From: Tagaea sp.
GTDB taxonomy: Bacteria; Pseudomonadota; Alphaproteobacteria; CACIAM-22H2
DNA: 64,000 nucleotides
NCBI GenBank assembly: GCA_965279525.1
Contig: CBDIIB010000004.1
Span: forward strand, 192,001-256,000
Reading direction: 5' to 3'
Of this stretch, positions 1 to 9,468 are shown in pieces (the first letter of the stretch is position 1; every line of letters starts with the position of its first letter). The notes under the pieces were generated by a model. It searched no databases and was not told the DNA's origin. It saw only the letters and a list, made by a program, of their open reading frames with translations. A program made the translations under genes and the position numbers.

Positions 1-248
1 GTCGTCCAGAATATACCGGTGTAGTAAGGATCGGCGAAGAACTTTAGATAGTTATCGAATGTCAGCGCTTCGACCATCATCCGGCGCGGCTCGAAGCGAT
101 TGAGGCTGTAGCGGAACAAGATGAGCAGCGGCAGCAGCAGGCCGGCGCACACGAAGATCGTGGCCGGCCCGACGAGAGTCGAGGCCGAGAGGATCGACGT
201 CCTCCCGTCCTCGTCCTGCCGTCCTGCTGCTGGCGCTGCCGTAGTCAT
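1..248 (-). CDS. ABC transporter permease, PotB-like (partial; 3' end outside window)
   Basis: Manual translation from ATG at 248: MTTAAPAAGRQDEDGRTSILSASTLVGPATIFVCAGLLLPLLILFRYSLNRF...LTFDNYLKFFADPYYTGIFWT, a typical PotB N-terminus. Lies 8 bp downstream of the PotD-like binding protein. Confidence 0.85.
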   Translation of the reverse strand, partial: MTTAAPAAGRQDEDGRTSILSASTLVGPATIFVCAGLLLPLLILFRYSLNRFEPRRMMVEALTFDNYLKFFADPYYTGIFWT

Positions 249-256
249 TTACCGGA

Positions 257-1306
257 TCAGCCCTTCAGTTCCTTGTCCCACCATTCCTTGAGGGCGACGT
301 CGTTCTTGTTCATGTAGTCATAGTCGAGATCGACGATCTTCTTGATTTCCTCGGGCGTGAAGCCGATCCGCTTGTTGAGTTCCGGGGCGACGACCGCATT
401 CGTGACCGTCGGGTTGTAGCCCATGTCGATCGCGAAATTGTCCTGCGCTTCCTTGGCGAGCATCGCATCGAGATAGGCGTAAGCCCCATCCTTGTTGGGC
501 GCATTCTTGGGAATGACGAAGCCCGAGATGTAGGCGAGCGTGCCTTCAGACGGTGCCACGGCCTCAACGCTGATGCCGGCGTTCTGCCACTGCACGACGC
601 GCGCCTTCCACATCACGCCGATGCCGAACTCGCCCGACTGCAGGCCCTGTGCGAAGGCTTCGTTGGTCGGGTAGATGCGCATGCCCGCCTTCTTGCATTC
701 GAGGAGCAGCTTCTTGCCTGGTTCGAAATTGGTGATCGAACCGCCGGCCGCCAGAGCCGCTGCCGCGATCGTGTACTGGTACTGGATGTCGATAATGCCG
801 AGCTTGTTGCCGTGCTTGGGCGCAAAGACGTCCTTGTAGCTTACCGGTGCCGGGCTGATCAGTTTCGGGTTGAAGACCGCGACTTTGCCGGAATAGATAT
901 GGCCGATCCCGTAGGGATACTTCATCGACGGCAGCAGGTTTTTCGCATTCTTGAGCTTCGAGTAGTCGATTGGAAGAACCGTTCCGGCGTCATGCATCTG
1001 GAACATGTTGATCGACGATAGCGCCTGCAGATCGGCCGTGCCGCGCGGCAGCCGCTGTTCGGCCAGCATCTTGGAACGGCGCTGCGGATCGCCGGCTTGG
1101 TCCTGCACGACCTCCCAGCCTTCTTTGATCAGGATCGGCTGTTCGACGTTCTTGTTGAGCAGGCGCGCATAGTCGCCACCCCAGGTGCCGACGACGACCT
1201 TGCCCTTGGACTGCGCCCGAACACTGGCCGGAATTGCAAGAGCACCGACGGCAGCGGCCATCCCGGCGAGGACCGTGCGGCGGGAAACTTTGTCTGATTG
1301 AGCCAT
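257..1306 (-). CDS. ABC transporter substrate-binding protein, PotD/PotF (family 6/8) type, Tat signal
   Basis: SRRTVL twin-arginine signal; VVGTWGG start; IPKNAPNKDGAYAYLD motif; clustered with PotA/B/C-like genes. Confidence 0.88.
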   Translation of the reverse strand: MAQSDKVSRRTVLAGMAAAVGALAIPASVRAQSKGKVVVGTWGGDYARLLNKNVEQPILIKEGWEVVQDQAGDPQRRSKMLAEQRLPRGTADLQALSSINMFQMHDAGTVLPIDYSKLKNAKNLLPSMKYPYGIGHIYSGKVAVFNPKLISPAPVSYKDVFAPKHGNKLGIIDIQYQYTIAAAALAAGGSITNFEPGKKLLLECKKAGMRIYPTNEAFAQGLQSGEFGIGVMWKARVVQWQNAGISVEAVAPSEGTLAYISGFVIPKNAPNKDGAYAYLDAMLAKEAQDNFAIDMGYNPTVTNAVVAPELNKRIGFTPEEIKKIVDLDYDYMNKNDVALKEWWDKELKG

Positions 1307-1375
1307 TTTCGCTTTCTCCTTCTGTTGATCTCAAAGGTGCGTCCGCTGGGGCGCACCGGCCGTTCCGAACTTGTC

Positions 1376-2428
1376 TCAGTCTTGGAAAACGCGTGCCGTC
1401 TCCCGGTTCCAGCCCACACGGACGAGATCGCCGACTTGCGGCGGCGCGTTCTCAGGGCGGTTCGGCAACTGGACGATCACCCGTTCGGCAGGTGACAGAC
1501 GGACATGCAGATCTAGGGCGGCGCCGAGATAGGACAGGAACTCCACCCGGCCTTCGAAGCGGTTGTCGGCCCCTGCAGTTTCAGAACCGAGCAGTGCAAG
1601 GCGTTCGGGGCGAAGGGCAAGGGTCGCCGGACCGGCCTGCCCGGTGCCGCAGGCGATGGCGAGGCCGCCTTGCGACCTGAACCGTCCGGGCGCCTCGATC
1701 GCTCCTTCGATGAAGTTCGAACGACCGACAAAGTCCGCCACGAAACGGTCTGCCGGACGTTCGTATAGATCGTGCTGGGTGCCGATCTGGCGGATGCGAC
1801 CCTCGCTCATGACAACCAGCCGGTCTGCCATGGTCAGGGCTTCTTCCTGATCGTGGGTGACCATGACTGTCGTCAGGCCGAGCTTGCGCTGGAGTTCGCG
1901 AATCTCGACGCGCACATCCTGACGGAGTTTCGCATCGAGGTTCGAGAGCGGCTCGTCAAGCAGCAGGATATCGGGCCGGAACACAAGCGCGCGCGCAAGC
2001 GCCACGCGCTGCTGCTGCCCACCGGAGAGCTGGCGCGGCAGCCGTTCCCCCAGTTGATCAAGTCGCACGAGGCGAAGGGCCTCGGCGATACGTGCCGGCA
2101 TGTCGGCCTTGGCCACCTTGCGCATCTCGAGGCCGAAAGCGACATTCTGGTTCACGGTTAGGTGCGGGAAGAGGGCATAGCTCTGGAAGACAAGACCTGC
2201 GTTGCGTTTCCACGGCGGTAGCGTCGTGACATCTTTGCCGTCCAGACGCACGGTTCCGGAAGTCGGCTCGACGAAGCCGGCGATGGTCCGCAGGGTCGTC
2301 GTCTTGCCGCAACCCGACGGCCCGAGCAGGACGACGAACTCACCGTTGGCGACGTCGAGAGAGGCGTCGTCGACCGCCATCATCTCGCCGTAGCGCTTCG
2401 TCACGTTGGAAATCTCGAGCCGCGCCAT
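1376..2428 (-). CDS. ABC transporter ATP-binding protein, PotA-like
   Basis: Walker [17 protein letters not shown] signature, [12 protein letters not shown]-terminal TOBE-like region. Start re-called at MARLEIS (2428). Confidence 0.93.
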   Translation of the reverse strand: MARLEISNVTKRYGEMMAVDDASLDVANGEFVVLLGPSGCGKTTTLRTIAGFVEPTSGTVRLDGKDVTTLPPWKRNAGLVFQSYALFPHLTVNQNVAFGLEMRKVAKADMPARIAEALRLVRLDQLGERLPRQLSGGQQQRVALARALVFRPDILLLDEPLSNLDAKLRQDVRVEIRELQRKLGLTTVMVTHDQEEALTMADRLVVMSEGRIRQIGTQHDLYERPADRFVADFVGRSNFIEGAIEAPGRFRSQGGLAIACGTGQAGPATLALRPERLALLGSETAGADNRFEGRVEFLSYLGAALDLHVRLSPAERVIVQLPNRPENAPPQVGDLVRVGWNRETARVFQD

Positions 2429-2430
2429 CC

Positions 2431-3261
2431 CTAGACCACCCTGCTGATTTTCACGAACCGGTCGGTGAGCAGCATAGCGCTCGCGATGAAGACGATCTGA
2501 AGAACCGAAACTGCGGCGATCGTCGGGTCGATCTTCCATTCAAGATACTGCAGGATCGCGATCGGCAGTGTCGTTCTGCCGGGGCCGACGAGGAAAAGGC
2601 TCATTTCCAGGTTCCCGAAGGAAGAGATGAAGCCGAACATCGCCGCGGCGACCATCCCGGGCAGGATCGACGGCAACGTGATCCGCCGGAACGTCGTCAA
2701 CCGGTCGGCACCCAGGCTCTGTGCCGCTTCCTCGATGGAGCGATCCATTCCGACGAGGCTGGCGGTGACGAGCCGGACCGTCCAGGGAATCACGATCAAC
2801 ACGTGGCCGGTGATCAACCCGCCGATAGAACCGATGACCGGCAGGTCCGTCAGGATCGTCGCCTCGACATGGAACACATAGAGCGCGATGCCGAGGACGA
2901 TGCCGGGAACGACGAGCGGCAGGAGCAGGAGGCTGCTTACGGCTTCGCGGCCCGCAAACTTCGAGCGCACGAGGCAGACGGCCGCAGGTACGCCAAGTGC
3001 GATGCCGATCAGTGTGGCGATCGTCGCGACCTGCATGCTGAGGATGAATCCGGAGACAAAGCGGTCGTTTCCGGGGATCGTCTTGAACCATTTGAATGAA
3101 TAACCGTCCGGCGGGAACGAAGGGATTTCCTGCGCGAAGAATGCGAGCCACGTCACGAAGAACAAGGGCAGCAGAAGATAGGCCATCGACACCGTCGCGG
3201 CCCCGTTGAGCGCAAGCCGTCCAAGCGATCTCAAGCCTATCCGCGCCGTCATGCTGTCCAC
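2431..3261 (-). CDS. ABC transporter permease, PotC-like
   Basis: Hydrophobic helices, EAA loop EEAAQSLGA, TTLPIAI motif. Alternative start ATG at 3252. Confidence 0.9.
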   Translation of the reverse strand: MDSMTARIGLRSLGRLALNGAATVSMAYLLLPLFFVTWLAFFAQEIPSFPPDGYSFKWFKTIPGNDRFVSGFILSMQVATIATLIGIALGVPAAVCLVRSKFAGREAVSSLLLLPLVVPGIVLGIALYVFHVEATILTDLPVIGSIGGLITGHVLIVIPWTVRLVTASLVGMDRSIEEAAQSLGADRLTTFRRITLPSILPGMVAAAMFGFISSFGNLEMSLFLVGPGRTTLPIAILQYLEWKIDPTIAAVSVLQIVFIASAMLLTDRFVKISRVV

Positions 3262-3275
3262 GCTGCCCGCATCGT

Positions 3276-4514
3276 CTAGTTCAGCCTGTTCTTGTGGAAC
3301 TTGCCGCCCTTCATGATCACGGAAAGATGCTTTCCCTGGTCGACGAGCAAGGCAAGGTTCTTGAGTGGATTGCCATCGACCAGAATCAGATCGGCAAAGG
3401 CTCCCGGCTTCAGCGTACCGACCTTGCCGGGCATGCGCAGGACGTCGGCGCCGATGAGGGTGGCAGAACGGATGATCTCGAGCGGCGACAGGACCTCTTG
3501 CCGGATCGTGAACTCGTTCGACTGGTCCCAGTGCAATTCACCGAGCAAATCGCTTCCGTAAGCCACAGGTACGCCGTGCCGCTTGCAGATCTCGAGCGAC
3601 TTGAGACCGCCGTCGATGACCAGTTCGTTCTTTTCGAGGCTTTCGGCGGTCATGCCCCACTTCGCCGCGCGTTCCCTCATGGCATAATAGGTGACGAGGT
3701 TGGCGACGAGAAACATGCCTTTCTCCGCCATCAACTTGGCCGCGGCATCGTCGATCAGGTTGCCGTGCTCGATGGTCCGCACGCCGAACTTTGCCGCTCG
3801 GATGATCGCTTTTGCCGAATAGGCGTGGGCGCAGACATAGCGGCCGAATGCCGTCGCTTCCTCGACGGCCGCTTTGACCTCTCCGTCGGAAAACTGCAGG
3901 CTGTCGAGCGGGTCATAGGGAGATGCCACACCGCCCGACATCATGATCTTCACGTGGTCGGCGCCCTGGCGCATCTGCTCGCGAGCCACTTTGCGCACCT
4001 CGTCGACGCCGTCTGCAACGGCCGACTTGAATTGCAGCCCGTTGCAGCACATGCATTCGTCGCCGGCATTGGTGCGCCGGCGGGAGTCAGAATGGCCACC
4101 GGTCGGTCCGATGGACTGACCGGCAATGAAAAGCCGCGGACCGACGATGTGGCCGGTCTCGATGGCGGTCTTGATTCCCCAGTCGGCACCGCCCGTGTCC
4201 CGCACGGTCGTGAAGCCGCGATTGAGCATCGCCGTAAGCCTCGTCGCGGCGCGTGCCGTGACAAGCGTCAGCGGCAGGTTCTCCATGAAGCGGATGTTCA
4301 CTTCCGAATGGATCGCATGGACGTGGCTGTCGATCAGGCCGGGCATCAAAGTCCGCTTGCCGCAGTCGACCTTTGCGGCATCTTTCGCCTTGATCGGCTT
4401 GTCGGAAAGTTCGCGGATCTTGTCGTCCTCGACGAGCAGGCTGTAGCCGCCGCGAACATCGCCGAAGGTTGGTTCGAGAAGCGCGAAGTTGGTGAAGAGA
4501 ATCTGGTCGCTCAT
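3276..4514 (-). CDS. Metal-dependent amidohydrolase (Xaa-Pro dipeptidase/COG1228-like), paralog 2
   Basis: MPGLIDSHVH (HxH), GFTTVRDTGG, VKIM Lys, HAY, EHG, GSD, KPGAFADLI. Confidence 0.9.
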   Translation of the reverse strand: MSDQILFTNFALLEPTFGDVRGGYSLLVEDDKIRELSDKPIKAKDAAKVDCGKRTLMPGLIDSHVHAIHSEVNIRFMENLPLTLVTARAATRLTAMLNRGFTTVRDTGGADWGIKTAIETGHIVGPRLFIAGQSIGPTGGHSDSRRRTNAGDECMCCNGLQFKSAVADGVDEVRKVAREQMRQGADHVKIMMSGGVASPYDPLDSLQFSDGEVKAAVEEATAFGRYVCAHAYSAKAIIRAAKFGVRTIEHGNLIDDAAAKLMAEKGMFLVANLVTYYAMRERAAKWGMTAESLEKNELVIDGGLKSLEICKRHGVPVAYGSDLLGELHWDQSNEFTIRQEVLSPLEIIRSATLIGADVLRMPGKVGTLKPGAFADLILVDGNPLKNLALLVDQGKHLSVIMKGGKFHKNRLN

Positions 4515-4525
4515 GGGGCGGGGTC

Positions 4526-5761
4526 CTAGTTCAGCGTGTTCTTGTGGAAATGCCCGCCCTTGACGATGGCCGACAGGTGCTTGCCCTGCTCCTGGAACAA
4601 GGCAAGGTTCTTCAGCGGATTGCCGTTCACGACGATCAGGTCGGCGAAGGCGCCGGGCTTCAGGCAGCCGAGTTTCCCTTCCATACGCAATAGTTTTGCC
4701 CCGATGGTCGTGGCGGACCGGATGATCTCGATCGGCGAGACCACCTGCGCGCGGATCGTGAATTCCTGCGACTGTTCGGTCTGCAGCTGTCCGAGAAGGT
4801 CGGTACCGTAGGCGACCGGCACGCCGTGACGCTTGCAGATCTCGAGCGAGCGCAGGGCGCCGTCGATCACGAGGTCGTTCTTCGCGAGCATGTCACCGCT
4901 CATGCCGTATTCGGCCGCGCGCTTCTTCATCTCGAAGTAGGTCACGAGATTGGCGACAAGAAACATGCCCTTCTGCGCCATCAGCTTAGCGGAGGCGTCG
5001 TCGATCAAGTTACCGTGCTCGATCGTGCGCACGCCGGCCTTGGCGGCCCGGGTGATTGCCTCGGGCGTATACGCGTGCGCGCAGACATAGCGGCCGAAGG
5101 CGTGCGCCTCTTCGACGGCGGCATGCACTTCGTCCATCGAGAACTGGAGGCTGTCGAGCGGGTCGTAGGGGGAAGCCACGCCACCCGACATCATGATCTT
5201 GATCTGGTCGGCACCCTGTCGCATTTCCTCGCGCACAGCCCGGCGCACACCGGAGACCCCGTCGGCGATGCCCATCGAAAAGGCGAGCGCGTTGCAGCAA
5301 TGGCATCGGGCACCGGCATCGGTGCGTCGGCGCCCGTCGCTGTGGCCGCCGGTCGGTCCGATGGCTTTGCCGGCGATGAACAGGCGCGGTCCTGCGATGA
5401 GACCTTTCTCGACCGCTTCCTTGAGGCCCCAGTCGGCGCCGCCGGTGTCGCGTACTGTGGTAAACCCGCGGTCCAGCATCCGATTGAGGAGATTGGCCGC
5501 TCGGGCCGTCATCAGCGTCAGCGGAACACTCTCCATGTTGCGGATGACGACTTCGGAGAGGACCGCGTGGACATGACTGTCGATCAGTCCCGGCATCAGC
5601 GTGCGCTTGCCGCAATCGACGACGGTGGCGGTTTTCGATTTGATCGGCTTGGCGGAGACTTCACGAATCTTGTCGCCTTCGACGAGGATTTCGTAGCCGC
5701 CCTTCAGGCCGCTGGCCTCGGGATCGAGCATTTCGAAATTCCTGAAAAGATACTGTGCCAT
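4526..5761 (-). CDS. Metal-dependent amidohydrolase (Xaa-Pro dipeptidase/COG1228-like), paralog 1
   Basis: Same motif set as the neighbouring paralog (DSHVH, IKIM, HAY, EHG, GTD); the two are collinear along their whole length. Confidence 0.9.
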   Translation of the reverse strand: MAQYLFRNFEMLDPEASGLKGGYEILVEGDKIREVSAKPIKSKTATVVDCGKRTLMPGLIDSHVHAVLSEVVIRNMESVPLTLMTARAANLLNRMLDRGFTTVRDTGGADWGLKEAVEKGLIAGPRLFIAGKAIGPTGGHSDGRRRTDAGARCHCCNALAFSMGIADGVSGVRRAVREEMRQGADQIKIMMSGGVASPYDPLDSLQFSMDEVHAAVEEAHAFGRYVCAHAYTPEAITRAAKAGVRTIEHGNLIDDASAKLMAQKGMFLVANLVTYFEMKKRAAEYGMSGDMLAKNDLVIDGALRSLEICKRHGVPVAYGTDLLGQLQTEQSQEFTIRAQVVSPIEIIRSATTIGAKLLRMEGKLGCLKPGAFADLIVVNGNPLKNLALFQEQGKHLSAIVKGGHFHKNTLN

Positions 5762-5813
5762 CGCCGTCCCGTCCTTTCGTGCGTCGAACCGTCCCCAAAT
5801 GTTGACTTTTCGG

Positions 5814-5838
5814 TCATTGCCGTCAATGACGGCAATGA
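5814..5838. repeat. Perfect 11-bp inverted repeat (stem-loop) between the GAF gene and amidohydrolase 1
   Basis: TCATTGCCGTC-AAT-GACGGCAATGA. No U-tract on the transcribed (-) strand, so more likely an mRNA-processing/stability stem than an intrinsic terminator. Confidence 0.6.
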
Positions 5839-5841
5839 GGG

Positions 5842-6348
5842 TCAGCCGCCCATTTCCTGCAGCATGCAGGGAACCAACAGGCCCGCGAGAATCTTGGCAT
5901 TCCGGATCTCGTTCGGGCCGTACATTCCCTCTTCGCCACAGAAATTCAGCGTCCCGAGACGCTGGCCGCCCCTGTGGATCGGCGAATTGAGGATGGCGCT
6001 GGCCCCGAGTGAAAAGATCAACTCGTAGTCGAAAAACGTTTCTTTCACGGCGGCACGGGTCGGCGCGATAAAGACCTCGCCCGAGTTCATCTGTTCGTGA
6101 CTCTTCTTGATCTTCGAAAGTGGTTTCTCGCCGCCGATCGGATAGGCCTGCTCGTTGCTCGAATGGACGCGCACGACCGCCTGCTTGGCTTCGTCGTATT
6201 TCAAGGTCGTCAGCAGCAGCCAGCCGCAGGTCTCCGCCGCGACCTTCTCGACCGCCTTGTAGACCTTCTGGCGATCCGAATGGTTCGCGGTCAAGGCGAC
6301 GATTTCAGCGACGTCTTCGAGGGTCATGGCGCGGGATTTTATCGGCAT
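5842..6348 (-). CDS. Stand-alone GAF domain protein
   Basis: 168 aa; RVHSSNEQAYPIGGEKP and SLGASAILNSPIHRGGQRLGTLNF match the GAF fold pattern. Confidence 0.75.
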   Translation of the reverse strand: MPIKSRAMTLEDVAEIVALTANHSDRQKVYKAVEKVAAETCGWLLLTTLKYDEAKQAVVRVHSSNEQAYPIGGEKPLSKIKKSHEQMNSGEVFIAPTRAAVKETFFDYELIFSLGASAILNSPIHRGGQRLGTLNFCGEEGMYGPNEIRNAKILAGLLVPCMLQEMGG

Positions 6349-6359
6349 GAAGCGTGCTT

Positions 6360-7295
6360 TCAGGGTTTGAGAGAAGCAGACGTTCGAGCGGGCTCGGGCA
6401 GTGGAACGTTGGCGATCCTTTCGGGAATCAGGCCGCGAGCCCTGATGCGCAGGACGAGCAATAGCGCCACAGCGATGAGAATTTCCCGCAGGGCGGCACC
6501 TTGTACGGCGGAAATCTCGGGAATGTGAGGGATAACGAACCGTGTCGATTCAAGGAAGAACACGACCAGGACAGCACCGACAACCGCACCGAAATTGTTG
6601 CCGAGGCCGCCGGCGAGCAGGGACAGCTTGATGTAGAGCGTCAACAGCGGGGCGAAGAGATCCGGCGCGATGTAGCTCGTGAAGTGCCCATAGAGGGCAC
6701 CGGAAAGGCCAAGCGCAGCCGTGCCGACTGCGAACGCCTTGACCTTGAACATCACGACATTCTTGCCCGCGACCTGGACGACTTGCTCATCTTCGCGGAT
6801 GCCGCGCAGCACGCGTCCGAAGGGCGAACTGTTGAGCCGCTGGAAAAGGACAAACAGGATGGCAACGGCGACGATGACGATGCCGAGGAAGAGCAGGTTG
6901 AAGCCGTGCGGCCCCAGTGCCTGCCGGAACGGTCCGGGAATGCCGGATAGACCGTCGGTGCCATTGGCGATCCAAAGCTCGTTCGACATGACGACCCGCA
7001 TTGTCTCGGCGAAGCCAAGAGTGACGATGGCAAGATAGTCGCCCCTCAGTCGTACGGTAATGAGCGCCACAAGCACGCCAACGAACGAGGCGACGGCTGC
7101 ACCCGCGACAAGGCCGACAGGGATCGGCCAGCCGAGCTTGAGTGTCAGCAAGCCCGAGGTATAGGCGCCAACTGCGAAGAAGCCGACCAGGCCGAGATTG
7201 ATCAGGCCCGCCATGCCCCAGATCACGTTCATGCCCAGCGCCATCAACGCGTAGATGCCGGCAGTGACCCCCATCGCGATGAGATAGTGTTCCAT
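6360..7295 (-). CDS. Branched-chain amino acid ABC permease, LivM-like
   Basis: Start MEHYLIAMG (7295) with GGAGG RBS; GLINLGLVGFFAVGAY, RLRGDYLAIVTLGFAE, SPFGRVLRGIREDE. Confidence 0.92.
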   Translation of the reverse strand: MEHYLIAMGVTAGIYALMALGMNVIWGMAGLINLGLVGFFAVGAYTSGLLTLKLGWPIPVGLVAGAAVASFVGVLVALITVRLRGDYLAIVTLGFAETMRVVMSNELWIANGTDGLSGIPGPFRQALGPHGFNLLFLGIVIVAVAILFVLFQRLNSSPFGRVLRGIREDEQVVQVAGKNVVMFKVKAFAVGTAALGLSGALYGHFTSYIAPDLFAPLLTLYIKLSLLAGGLGNNFGAVVGAVLVVFFLESTRFVIPHIPEISAVQGAALREILIAVALLLVLRIRARGLIPERIANVPLPEPARTSASLKP

Positions 7296-7306
7296 GCCCG
7301 CCCTCC

Positions 7307-8167
7307 TCAATAGGCCCGTTGGCCGAGAATGCCCCGGGGCCGGAGCGTCAGGACGAGAAGGATGGCGATGAAACCGACCGCTGTGCGGTATGCCGGCGTC
7401 AGCACGAGCAGGCTGAGCTCTTCGCCCACGCCGATCACGAGCGCACCGATGACCGCACCGGGGATGCTGCCCAGCCCGCCGACGACGGCAGCCGCGAAGA
7501 CGGACAGGATCGTCCTGAAACCCACGAGAGGATCGATCGTCGTGTCGAGGCCGCTCAACATCCCGCCGACTCCGGCCAGGCCCATCGCGATGAACGAGAC
7601 GAGCCGGGCGACCATGTCCGCGTTGATGCCCTTGATTGCCGCGAGCATGGGATTGTCGGCGACTGCGCGCATGGCCTTGCCGGTCCGTGTCATCGACAGG
7701 AAGGCGAACAGCATCGCCATAACGACGATGGCTGTCAGGAGATTCTCGACCTGCTGCGGACTGACGCGCAGGCCCGAGATCACCCAGTCCCGTCGCAGCG
7801 GCAGGTCGAAGCCGCGCATCTGGTTCCCGAAGCCGAAGCGCACGAAATTCTCGAGCGCGATCGTCAGCGCGATCGAGCCGATTGCGGTCGTCACGAAGCC
7901 TGCACCGCGCAGCGGGCGCAGCACGAATTCGTCGGAAAGAAGACCGATCAGGCCAGCCACTGCGAAGGCCGCCACAAGCGACGGGACGACAGGCAGGCCG
8001 AAAGTCGTGTTCGCGATGAACCCTGCGAACGCGCCTATCGTCATATGCGAGGCGAGTGCGAAGTTGGTGAAGCGCAGCACCGCGAAAATCGCAGTCAGGC
8101 CGATGGCCGGCACGGCAAGGACGGTACCCGCCATCAGGCCATTGAGTATCAGCTGAAGGACTTCCAT
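7307..8167 (-). CDS. Branched-chain amino acid ABC permease, LivH-like
   Basis: QLILNGLMAG, NFA motif, TRTGKAMRAVADN, GGLGSIPGA, RPRGILG. Confidence 0.92.
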   Translation of the reverse strand: MEVLQLILNGLMAGTVLAVPAIGLTAIFAVLRFTNFALASHMTIGAFAGFIANTTFGLPVVPSLVAAFAVAGLIGLLSDEFVLRPLRGAGFVTTAIGSIALTIALENFVRFGFGNQMRGFDLPLRRDWVISGLRVSPQQVENLLTAIVVMAMLFAFLSMTRTGKAMRAVADNPMLAAIKGINADMVARLVSFIAMGLAGVGGMLSGLDTTIDPLVGFRTILSVFAAAVVGGLGSIPGAVIGALVIGVGEELSLLVLTPAYRTAVGFIAILLVLTLRPRGILGQRAY

Positions 8168-8197
8168 GTGCGGGACCGGGCGCCTTTGGAGGGAGGA

Positions 8198-8222
8198 GGG
8201 CGGCGGCCGTCGGCCGCCGCCC
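8198..8222. repeat. GC-rich stem-loop downstream of the LIV substrate-binding gene
   Basis: GGGCGGCGGCCG-T-CGGCCGCCGCCC; position typical of stabilising hairpins after binding-protein genes in ABC operons. Confidence 0.6.
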
Positions 8223-8230
8223 GGCCAAGT

Positions 8231-9430
8231 TCAGACGAGCTTGAGGAACTCGAGCTTGCCCTTGGCGACTTTCATGTAGCGGAAGCGGCAACCGTTGATG
8301 TCGCCGATATCCGTGAAGTCGCAGGGACCCGAGGCACCTTCGTAGTTGATCTCCTTGCCGGCAGCCAAGGCCTTGAGGCCTTCAATCGCGGTGTAGACCT
8401 TCTCGCCCGAGCCTTGGCAGATCTTTCGGACATTGTCCTTCAACGCAACTCCGGAGACTTCCTTCGCCTTGGCAAATGTAAGAACGGCCATGCTCGCCCA
8501 GTCGGTCGCCTGGGCCTCGTAGCCGTCGATTTCCTTCATGCCCAGTCGCTCGCAAGCGAGCTTGTACGCCGAGCTTTCGATGTCGGCCGACGGCTGACCG
8601 GTCATCACGCCCTCACAAACTTCGGGCGGCATCGTGTTGAGCGTGGCCTGCGGCACGGCGTAGGACTGGCAGAACTTGCCGAGATTGATGTTCGCGCGAT
8701 AGAGGTCGCGCAACACCACGACCGTGTCCGGCGCGTAGCCGTTGAGGTAGAGGAAGTCCGGCTTTTCGCGCATCGCCTGGTCGATTTCCGAGCGATAGGT
8801 CGACTTGTCCTTCTCGTAGATGACATGCGAGACGACCGAGCCACCCTTGGTCTTGAGAAGCGCGTCCAGATACTCCTTGGTCGGCAAGGCGAACGGCGCC
8901 TGGATGCCGATCACGGCCACGCGCTTGTGGCCCATGCTGGCGACGAACTCGCCGTGCGAAGACGCCTGAAGCCGGCTGTTTGGCTGTGTGCGGATCAGGA
9001 AGCCTTGATGCGGCAGGAGCGTGATCGGATCCGCGCCTGAGACAGTCATGATGAAGGTTTTCGATTCCCAGCACACCGGTGCGACAGCCGCCGTGACGGC
9101 CGACGCCCAAGTGCCCATGATGATAGGGACCTTGTTGACTTCGATGAGCTTGCGGGCTGCCCGCACGGCGGCTTCCGGGTTCGTCTGGTCGTCCTCGACG
9201 ACGGCCTCGATCCGCCGTCCGAGTACGCCACCGGCCTTGTTCACCTCGTCAAAGACCACCTGCATGGCCTTCAGCATGCGGGGACCGTCGTTGCCACCTG
9301 CACCCGTAAGCGGAGTGAGGATGCCAACCCGGATCGGCTCGGCCTGGGCGTATGCCCGGATCGGCATGCTCGAGACCGCTGCGGATGCGGCGGCCGTCTT
9401 GAGGATCGTTCTGCGGCTTAAGGCCTTCAT
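8231..9430 (-). CDS. LIV-type ABC substrate-binding protein, Tat signal
   Basis: SRRTIL signal; IRVGILTPLTG, VNKAGGVLGRRIE, EDDQTNP, YEGASGPCDF. GGAGGG RBS favours start 9430 (alternative 9442). Confidence 0.9.
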   Translation of the reverse strand: MKALSRRTILKTAAASAAVSSMPIRAYAQAEPIRVGILTPLTGAGGNDGPRMLKAMQVVFDEVNKAGGVLGRRIEAVVEDDQTNPEAAVRAARKLIEVNKVPIIMGTWASAVTAAVAPVCWESKTFIMTVSGADPITLLPHQGFLIRTQPNSRLQASSHGEFVASMGHKRVAVIGIQAPFALPTKEYLDALLKTKGGSVVSHVIYEKDKSTYRSEIDQAMREKPDFLYLNGYAPDTVVVLRDLYRANINLGKFCQSYAVPQATLNTMPPEVCEGVMTGQPSADIESSAYKLACERLGMKEIDGYEAQATDWASMAVLTFAKAKEVSGVALKDNVRKICQGSGEKVYTAIEGLKALAAGKEINYEGASGPCDFTDIGDINGCRFRYMKVAKGKLEFLKLV

Positions 9431-9468
9431 TTTTCCCTCCATGCGCTCGATATTGGGTAATCCGCGGC

